Positions 55,216-64,000 of a DNA stretch of 64,000 nt are shown in pieces. Where the stretch lies: positions 1-64,000 of IMG/VR virus record IMGVR_UViG_3300037195_001681, one strand, 5' to 3'. The notes under the pieces are model-generated. The model did no database searches. It was not told where the DNA came from and saw only the letters and a program-made list of their open reading frames with translations. Position 1 is the stretch's first letter; every line of letters begins with the position of its first letter. The stretch comes from an uncultured virus (IMG/VR IMGVR_UViG_3300037195_001681) (Duplodnaviria > Heunggongvirae > Uroviricota > Caudoviricetes > Schitoviridae). The position numbers and the translations under genes are program-made.

Positions 55216-57297
55216 ATGGCTTTGACCTGGCGAAATGTTGCTGCACCGGACTTCAGTCCAGCCATGCGTGGTCAGGAGATCTTCGCACGGCTGCTGAGTG
55301 ATGGTTTTGCCAGCGCCCAGCGTGGACTGGACCGTTATGACGACTCGATCAGCGAGCAGGTCAATAACGCGATCCAGCTTCGTATTGCAGGCGCCGACGA
55401 TACCGATGCAGCCAAGGCGATCCTGGCTGGTCTCCAGACCGATCCGAACGCCAAGCGTATTTCGGATCAGACGCTCAACCTGGCGATGGCTCGCCCGGAT
55501 GCTCTGACGCAGCAGGCGTTCAATGAAGGACGCCTGGATGATTCGATCTATAATCGTCAGCGCGTTCGTGGTTTTGACGCTGCCGAGGACCGATTCGCAA
55601 AGCTCTATGCCGATCGTCAGGCTGCCTATGCCAAGGGAACCGAAGAAGGTCAGGCATGGGATGCGGCCAATCCGAACGCCATGGACGGTCTCAGCCTCGC
55701 AGCAACTCGTCAGAATGTTCAGGACGCTTCGGCTGCTACCATGGGTGCTCTGGATATTACCGGAAAAGAGCTAAGCAATGAAGGTGCTCGCCTGGGTATT
55801 AAACAGGCTGAGTTCGACTATGATACTGGTGTCTGGAGGTTTGGTAACGAAAAAGCCGATCGTGCAGACGTCGAAGCAGCCCAAGGATTCATGGCGAATT
55901 TCCAGGGCAGTGGTTACACGCTCGAAGATCTCAATGGTCAGTTGGCTTCGTCGGGTCTTAGCCCGGGTGCTCAGGCGATCGTTCGTGCCCAGACCGGACA
56001 GAATATTCCCGGTTCCTATGGGGATTATGGTGGCTCTGCTGGTGGTGGAGCAGGCGGATCTGTAACCGGTCACGGTGGTGTTTCTGCTTATGATGTGCTC
56101 AATTATCAAGCACGAGGTCAAGGTTTTGAAAGTGTACCTTCCAGCGTAAAAACTGTCGGTGATGCAATGGCTTTTGGTAAGTCAATGCTAAACGACATGT
56201 ATTCTCGCGGGGTTCCTCGTGGAACAGGTTCTAGTGCAATGGGACTGTACCAGATTACCCAAAGTACTATGGCGGAATTTGGTGAACAAGCCCTTGGTAA
56301 GAATTGGAGAAAAGCTGATTGGCGTGATCCTGAAACTCAGGATCGCCTAGGAAGAGCTATCTTTGAAGGTAAAGGCGGTGTTCGCGGTAGTGCTCAGCGT
56401 CTGGCTGACAGATGGGCAATGTTCAAGGGTAAGCCTCAGCTTGCTGCTCAAGTTGCTCGTATGCCCTGGGAACAGGCACGAGAAATCATCGCCAAAGGTG
56501 AATCTGGAGCAAGTCCAGCTGCTCTCCTTCTGGCTCAAACTGTTTCAGGTGCTTCAGCCAATCAGCAGTATCAACAGACGAACAGCGCGAGCGGAATTGC
56601 GACGTCGATCCAGCCGTACATGCGGGATACGGCCCCACTGGCTACCGTTGTTACTCGTCTGACCAAGGAAGGTCCTCTCAAAGGAGCGACGACGCAATTC
56701 GTTTCGGGTCAGATCCAACGAATCAAACAGCAGGCTGCCACTGGTCGTAATCCCGTACGTCTGACCGATGCTGCGGCTGGTGAGATCCTGGTGAACAGCC
56801 TGGCTGCAAACGACAACTGGTTCGGGAATTTTTTCAATCCCAGCGATCCAGCTGCGAATGGAGACTGGAAAATCGACCCGAAGCTTCTTCGGAGCAATAT
56901 CGACCAAGTTCGTCCAGGAGCTCCGGATAATACGCTGGTCGCAAATCAGTCGATGGAAGTCCTTGCTGGGCAGGTCCAGGCCACGCGAGCTGCCTGGGAA
57001 GCTGCTTCGCAGCGTCTGGCGGGAGCCCAGCAACAGGCTGCTCGTAACCCAAGGTTCGATTCTGCGATCCTGGGGCGTCTCATCATGGAAGAACGCCAGG
57101 CTCGGGCTGCGTGGCAGAACGCCATCGAAATGCAGCAGTCCTCGGCTGTGGAAACCGGTGCAGCGCCGGCTCCACGTCAATCGGCTCTACCTCGTCGACA
57201 GGCTCAGCCAAGGCCGGCCCCAAGGCGTGAAGAGCGTCCGATCGGAACTCGGTACTTGCCAAGGTATCGTCCGGGTGTATCTGGTCCTAAGATCTAG
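55216..57297 (+). CDS. N4 gp51-like ejection protein with an internal lysozyme-like domain
   Basis: MALTWRNVAAPDFS start; SSAMGLYQITQSTM...PETQDRLG muramidase-like motif; no cysteine seen. Confidence 0.8.
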   Translation: MALTWRNVAAPDFSPAMRGQEIFARLLSDGFASAQRGLDRYDDSISEQVNNAIQLRIAGADDTDAAKAILAGLQTDPNAKRISDQTLNLAMARPDALTQQAFNEGRLDDSIYNRQRVRGFDAAEDRFAKLYADRQAAYAKGTEEGQAWDAANPNAMDGLSLAATRQNVQDASAATMGALDITGKELSNEGARLGIKQAEFDYDTGVWRFGNEKADRADVEAAQGFMANFQGSGYTLEDLNGQLASSGLSPGAQAIVRAQTGQNIPGSYGDYGGSAGGGAGGSVTGHGGVSAYDVLNYQARGQGFESVPSSVKTVGDAMAFGKSMLNDMYSRGVPRGTGSSAMGLYQITQSTMAEFGEQALGKNWRKADWRDPETQDRLGRAIFEGKGGVRGSAQRLADRWAMFKGKPQLAAQVARMPWEQAREIIAKGESGASPAALLLAQTVSGASANQQYQQTNSASGIATSIQPYMRDTAPLATVVTRLTKEGPLKGATTQFVSGQIQRIKQQAATGRNPVRLTDAAAGEILVNSLAANDNWFGNFFNPSDPAANGDWKIDPKLLRSNIDQVRPGAPDNTLVANQSMEVLAGQVQATRAAWEAASQRLAGAQQQAARNPRFDSAILGRLIMEERQARAAWQNAIEMQQSSAVETGAAPAPRQSALPRRQAQPRPAPRREERPIGTRYLPRYRPGVSGPKI

Positions 57298-57337
57298 TCG
57301 ATAAAGACTTGATAAAGGCTCGATAGAGACAGAAAAT

Positions 57338-60300
57338 ATGGCCAGCAATTTCGACCGAGTATTCGGAAACTATGGAAATTCGAGCATGTTCGATCAGATG
57401 GTCGAACCATACCTGAAGGATACGCTCCTTCGGGGTGCTCCTCGTGAGGATGTTCGAATTCCGACGAAACTCGACAATGTCGCGATTGCAAGCGAGCGGA
57501 AGAAGCAAGAAGTCCAGAAACTCTCCAATCCATATCGGATCGGCGCAGTGAGGAACACTGGCACCGGCCTATCGACGATCGAGAACCCAGTGCAGAGGGA
57601 TATGGCTGTCCTAAATGCCTGGGACATGATCGGGAAATATGGACCTGATGCAGCTTCACTGATCAGTCAGGCTGCGGCTGGTCAGAATATGTTCGAATTC
57701 GATCGACGCTCCAGTGGGCCAGAAGCACCTCTGAAAACGATCGGTGATGCTGCTTTGGGCGTCGGACAAGGTTTCGCGAACGCTTTCCTGGGAATCGGTT
57801 CACTGGCTCTGGGTGGTGTTGATGCACTGACCGGAACGGAGATGGGCACATGGTCGGCCAGAAAACTGGGAGACATGAACGAGTTCATCGACGAGCAGAA
57901 GTCGGACGCAAACGAAATCGCCAAGCGTACCTATGCCACGATGAACGAGCTCGATCAGGCAGATAATCAGGAGCTGTTCGAAGAAGATCGGATTCGTGAT
58001 GGCGAATTTGTCGCGAGTCTTCGAAGGTTCGGCCGAGACACTGTTGATACTCTTGGTAATATCTGGGAAAATCCAGAAATTACCAGTGATATTGTCTCGC
58101 AGGGTGCAGGTTCTCTGCTTGCTGGTGGTCCGCTTTCCAAGGGTCTCAAGTCCATTGGCCGGAAAGCTCTGGAAACGGCAGTGCGTATTCGTCCAGCTAC
58201 TTTGGCCAGCACGACTGCCGCCCGGGTCGCAGACATTGGTGGACGTTCTGCGATGCCTCTGGCGATTGGTGCCATGGAGGCTGGTGGAGCATATCAGCAG
58301 ACAGTCAATGAAGCTCTGAATCTCCTAAACGATCGTGATGATCTGACCGACGCTGAAAAGGCTGATTTGGCTAATAAGGCTGGTCTTCAGGCTGCTTCGA
58401 TCCAGGCACCTGTTGGCACCCTCACTGGTGCTCTGGTGTCGAAATTCGAAGCCAGTCCCTTGGCTGCCCGGGGAGTGGTTTCTGCCACGAAGAATATCGG
58501 CAAAGAAGGGGTCGAAGAAACTGCACAATCGGCTTCGGGTCAGCTGGCGCAAAACCTTGCAATTCGAAACAACGTCGATCCGTCGAGGGATCTCAGCGAA
58601 GGTGTGGGTGAGCAGGCTGCTTCGGGTCTGGTTGGTGGTGTGGGCGCTGCTGGTGTGGTCCAGGTTCCTGGAACCGCTCTCCGTACGACGGTTCAAGCTG
58701 CAAAGCTCACTGGACGGACTGCTGCAAGGGTTGCAGGTGCAACCGCAAGCGCCGTCATGCGCGGTATTGAAGACCGAAATAAACGGGTTCTGGAGAAGAT
58801 CGAAGAAGAGTCCCCTGTGGCAGCTCCGAAGATGGATGCTGCGATCGACGCGGCTCGCGAAGCTGCACCGAATATTTCGACTGAAGCACAGGAAACTATC
58901 AATTCAGCTGATTTTACTCCAGAAGAGCGCCAGTCGGTTGTCGATCATTTCGACCGGGTTCTGAGCTTCGACCCAGAAACGGAAGCTGCTCAGGCTCCCG
59001 ATGCAATCAAAACCGAAGTCGCGGAAGCAACGGATCGGTTCGATGCTGTTCGTCGTGTGGCGAGCATTGCAAAGGACGAGAGCCAGACACCTGAGAAACG
59101 TCTCTCGGCCGGCCTGTATCTCATGGAAACGCTTCGCAACAATGAAGCGATGCTCGAAACGGTACCTGAAGAAGCTTTGTCGAAGCTGCCTCAGGATGAT
59201 CCTGCCGTCACCCAGATCGAGGACTACCAGAGCGTTCTGGGATCGTTGTCGCGTCATCCATTGGTGCGAGATGCCATCAACGAAGCTGTGAAGCTGTCGG
59301 AAAATCTCTCCGAAGATCAGGTCTCGGATGAGCGTATTTCTACGCCTGAAGGTCAAGAAACGGCGAAAAATGCTGTGCGTCTGGCTTCCTTGGCTCCAGA
59401 GAAAACGAAGCCTGAAGTGAACAAGAAGATCCTGCTCCATTCGGTGCAGGGCAAAGTGACGCTGACAGCGAATGAGCGTGGTCACCTGAACACGGCAAAT
59501 GCGGTCCACGAAGCCAGTGCTCGTCACAATCAGCGGAGTGAAGAGCTCGATCTGACACCAAGCGAAATCGTTTCGCAGGAGATCCAGACAGACAAGAGCA
59601 ATCCGTCAACTCTCCACAAGTCGGCGATCGCTCACATGGAAGGGGTCCAGGCTGCGATCGAAGCCGACAACGCTCCTCTTGCTCAGCGTCGGATGCGTCA
59701 TTTCATGGCGTTCGCTCAGAGTATGCAGAACAAGGTTCGTGCTCTGAATGAGAGCCTCATCGCCGGGGATGCGAGCGACAAGAAGCGTACGAAATATCAG
59801 GCATATAATCCGCGAATCGGCGAATTCTTCGATTCGCCTGGAGCATATCTGATCGGTTCGTCTCCTGGTTCGATCGCTCAGGCTCAGCAGACGGCCGTCG
59901 ATGCCGAAGCAGTCGCGTATATTGCGAATGAGATGGTGAAGTCTTTCACTCAACTGGGTGTGGATCCGGTCGAAGTGGTCGAACTGCACCCTTCGATGAC
60001 CCAGACGAGCGCCCGTGAGGCTGCTCGCGATTATCGTGTGGCAAAGAAGGAAGACACGCTGTCTGAATTCTTGTCGCTGTCGGAAGCAACCAACCCGAAT
60101 AAGCCAGTGTCGGAAGCCCTGTCGAAGAGCCGGGCTGAACAGGTCGAGCCTGAGGTTACGGAAGATCGTCCCAGTCAGGATCCACAATCGAAGTTGGCTC
60201 CTGAAAGGAAAAATTCTCAAGCCAAGGATGCCGAAAATCCTCAGCAGCAGTCCGATACGGAAGCCCAGACGGATGAAGTGACGCCTGCCCGAGACCAGTC

Positions 60301-63300
60301 AGCTGAGAAACCTCAGTCTGGCACTGAGCAATCGCGTCCAGTATCTGAAGAAGCTCCGAAGGAGGTTCCAGAAACTCCAGATATTCAGGAGAATGAAGAT
60401 CAGCAGGATCGACCAGACCAGCTGCAAGATCAGCAGGAAGCTGAGCAGGAAGATCGTCCAACGGGAGAGAAGGTTCGTGGGATCGAAGCGGCATTTCCCA
60501 ATCTCCTTGGTTCGGGTAATTCCGGGGATACAGCCCAGGAAAATCTGTTCAAGTCGTCGTTCGATATTCCGGCCAAGGAGCCGATCTCGCGACTGACTGG
60601 AACGGAAGATACGCTCTCTCTGGTTCGCGGAGCTCTGCGATCACCAACTGCTTTCCGCAAAATGGTTGGTGATGGTCGGCAGGAAAGTGTTGCCGGTCGT
60701 ATCACGACCGCAATGGCCAAGGCTTACGATCGTCTCCTGGCCTCCACGTCTGACGTCGTGGCGACAATGGATGATCGTCTGAGCAGTATTTTCAAAGAAA
60801 GAATTCAGAAAAAGAAGAAATTCGATCTAGGCTTCGAAGAGCTTCGAGCGATGAACATCGCTGAACAGAACGGTGAGTTAGTCAGCTATAACGCTTCGCT
60901 GCGTGACAGTGCGATCCTGGCAGGTCTTCAGTGGTTGCTGACGAGTGACCAGCGCCGGCGTCCGATGGATGCTGAAGACGTGGCCAAGATCCTGGCTGTC
61001 CCTGTGCATGAAGTCACAACCGAACAGGTCGAACGCTTCAATCAGGGCGCATACCTGGCTGCTTCGGTGAATGAGCTGGGTGAGGTGATCACTCGTTTCT
61101 GGGGTGTCACCCCGAATTCTTCAGCTCCATACGGAGTAACTCGTGGTATTCCCGAAGGTGTCGGCAAGGAAGTCCTGGCTGCAATGAACGAAGCCGGTCT
61201 CGTGAAAATCAACGAGATCAAGGAAAACGGCAAGACCTACTACCAGGTCGAATCCCTGGCAGAACAGAAGCTGGGTTCCGAGCTCTATTCGGAGCTGATG
61301 GCATGGCCATCGGCAATCGAAGTCGCGTCGATCGTCGAGCCGGAAGAAACGACTTTCCTGGGCTCACCGCCTCCGACTGTGCCGAAAACCCAGCTGCGAA
61401 ATCCGCTGGTCTCGTTGACGAGACAGCAGCGTGAAATGGCAGAGAACGAGCAGGCAACGCCTTATCGTCTGAATCTTCCGATGATCTCTCTTCTGGAGGA
61501 TCTCGGAGAAGAAGCGAGTGTGGCTCTGTTCGGTCATGGAAATCTTACCGAAGATGCCATGAATGTGAACCACCGCAGGTCGCTGGAAAGCATCAATCTC
61601 ACCGTGCGATCGGCTTATAAGTCGATCATGGCCCGGCTCTCGGAAGCATCTTCGTGGGGTCAGGCAAACGGCGTCGAGGATGCAGGACAGGTTCCGATCC
61701 ATTACGCCTACGAGTTCACGAGTGTGAACCGTCTCCAGATGGTTGGTGCTCATAATCCGCAAGCCAACAAGCTGACACGCGAAGCGATCCTTCCAACGTG
61801 GTCGGAATTGGATCTGACCAATCCGGAACAGCGCAGCAGCTTTTTGCTGGGTATTGCTCAGGCATGGGGTGTAAAAGTCCATAAAATGCCTCGCAAGGAA
61901 GCCATCAAGGAAGTAAGAAAGATGGCTTCCGAGAGTGGACAAATGGCCCCAGCTCTCGAATTGCTGTCTGGTCGGAATGCCGGCCAGGTCTTCAGCGATG
62001 AGGACATCCAGGTTCTGCGCGATTCGCTCGGCAAGGGTGGGCCAGTGCCGGCTGTGGCGCTTCACGCTGCAATGGAATTTGTTCGCTATCAGAACGGATC
62101 CAAGGAAGACCGATCGAATTTCCGTACCAGTCTCTATGTCGAGGCGGATGGTATTACCGATGGTCCGATTAATGCCATGGTCCATGCGGCCCGTGGCACG
62201 TTCAATGACAACTGGTTGAATGTCGTCCGTAAAGGCGGCCTGTTCCTGGGAAGCCCCGGGATGACTGCCAATGCTTCGACCGACAAGGTCGATTTGTACG
62301 AGCACACGACAGGTTTCCTTCGTCAGGCAATGTCCCGGATGCGTTCGGAATTTGCTTCGAACCCAGAAACCGGTGCAGTCGCCCGTCAGATGGACGTGCT
62401 TTTGCGGATGATGGCTCAGCTTCTTCCGGACATCACGATCAACGACAAGGGTGAACTCGTTGTCGAACGTGGTCTGGTGAAGAACCCTCTGACCGTCACG
62501 ATCTACGGCGCCGGTCCATCGGGGATTGCCTCGAAAATCACGGAAGCTTTGCTGGGAGCTGTTTATGAACGTGAGAGCCAGAAGGTCGCGTTCCTGAAGG
62601 ATCGGCCGAAGGCTTCGAAGCAGGAAATCGCTGAGCATCTGTTCGGTCAGCTGGCGACGACTCCTGAGCGTGCTCTTGAGCTCTACGACGAATATAATTC
62701 GGAAATGAGCAAACTTGTTGATCAAAGGGTAGAAATTACCCAGGAAGGTCTGCGTCTGAATGAAGACGCCCGTCCTCGCGATAACACCGGCAAGCTCATC
62801 GAAAATCGCAGTATGCGTGATGGACCCCAGGGTTTCACCCTGTTGCCTGGACAGGTGAGCAATATTCAGTCGAATGTTCTGCGGTTGCTGGTTCGCCCGA
62901 TGCGAGAAGCGATCGAGGCTTCCATCGGTGAAACCACGCAAGGTGTAGATGCTCTTCGTCGATCGACGCAGGTGCAGAGCATTTATCTGGAGCACGCTTT
63001 CCGACGTGCAGTCCAACAGAAGCTGGACGAAAAGAAGAAAGCGGATCCGAGTTTTCGAAAATCGGACTTCCTGACGAACAAGGAATTGACTGAGATTTAC
63101 GATAGTCTCAATCACCTTGCTCCATATATTCGTACCGGAAATCAGAACATGCTGGTTTCGGGAAGCAAGAAAGCACCGATCGGAGAGAATGACTCTTCGG
63201 TCAGCTTCAGCCGTACACTGGACGGTCGTCTGGCAACGCCGGCCTCGATCTTCGGTCCTTCGAACTCGGGTGTCTCAGGGATCCCTTATGTGATCATCGG

Positions 63301-64000
63301 GACCGGTGATGGACTGATGATGCAAATTGCATCAACCATGGCTGGTGCTCCGGAAGGCACACTGAAGATTTTCGACGGTATGAACATGCCTCTCGACAAG
63401 ATCGAAGAGCAGAGCCGTTCGGTCAATGAAGCCGTCTATCGTGGATGGATGGAAAATCCGCTTGAAGCCGTGGCCACGAGCTACAGCGACTTCGTGAAGG
63501 ATGCTGACGTCGAAACGATCAGCTNNNNNNNNNNAGAGGATCGCTCTGAGCGAAGCCCTGCTTGGTCCAGGCAAGACGGAAGCCACGAACGAAGAGATCA
63601 TCGAGATGATCCGTTCGCTGGATACCGAAATGTCTCAAATCGCTCGTGAGAGCCAGGCTCGAAAGAACGCCCTCGCCCGGGTCCAGATGACTGTGGATCA
63701 CATGGCTTCGGCTGAAGCATCGTATGATGCCGAAGGAAATCTGCTGTCGCTCGAAGGTCTGACGGATCAGGAGATTCTGTCTGTTCTCAATGAGCTCTAT
63801 GCTGAAGAGCTCAATAAATTGAGTAAAGCAGAAGATACCAAAAAGAAAACCGAAGAAAATACCCAGAAGGGTAGGATCTTCGGTGAAATTGAAGCCGTGC
63901 CCGCTTCAGATCTCCCAAGGTTCATCGCTCAACTCAATGTGAACCAGGATCAGAAAAAGCTGATGCTCGAAGCTGCCCGGGCTCTGAAGGACACGGATTG
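57338..64000 (+). CDS. Virion-encapsidated RNA polymerase (N4 gp50-like), truncated by window end; assembly gap at 63525-63534
   Basis: NRLQM, EADGITDGP, RGLVKNPLTVTIYGAG, LKIFDGMN motifs; no cysteine seen. After the N gap another frame continues (RIALSEALL...RKNALARVQMTVDHMAS) towards the window end. Confidence 0.96.

Noticed and set aside
61364..63115. 583-aa minus-strand ORF (likewise 48531-49493, 47528-48514)
   Set aside because: Antisense shadows of the vRNAP, capsid and scaffold genes
63525..63649. Apparent frameshift and premature stop in vRNAP
   Set aside because: Coincides with a 10-N scaffold gap; vRNAP-like sequence continues in another frame, so it is an assembly artefact
1..64000. 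Genome-wide stop-codon reassignment
   Set aside because: Core genes are intact in the standard code and end at TGA, TAA or TAG as expected; I found only one internal TGA

Overview
This window is about 64 kb of an N4-like phage genome (Schitoviridae-type podovirus), circularly permuted relative to the usual N4 map. The host is most likely an alphaproteobacterium, inferred from the two-piece alpha-type tmRNA. The minus strand from about 35.1 kb down to 1 carries the early and middle genes: class II ribonucleotide reductase, a UDG-like protein, gp1 and gp2 (each behind an N4-type hairpin promoter), two-subunit RNAP II with an HNH endonuclease in front of subunit 2, a putative holin/spanin trio, DenV, an AAA/vWA pair, dCTP deaminase, ThyX, rIIA/rIIB, a Dda-like helicase, family A DNA polymerase and primase (truncated). 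The plus strand from 35.7 kb to the end carries the late genes: a Tad2-like and a possible Acb2/Tad1-like anti-defence protein, terminase, tail fibre, GH19 endolysin, portal, scaffold, major capsid, ejection proteins and the giant virion RNA polymerase (truncated, with a 10-N gap). The most unusual part is a roughly 2.7 kb RNA island at 18.5-21.3 kb. It holds tRNA-Pro, an initiator-like tRNA-Met, an aberrant tRNA, a permuted tmRNA with its own tag, a c4-like RNA, and several unidentified structured RNAs, including a ~340-nt multi-domain RNA and a triplicated GAAAC/hairpin/GARACA motif. All calls come from motif recognition and manual base-pairing; no database search was run.
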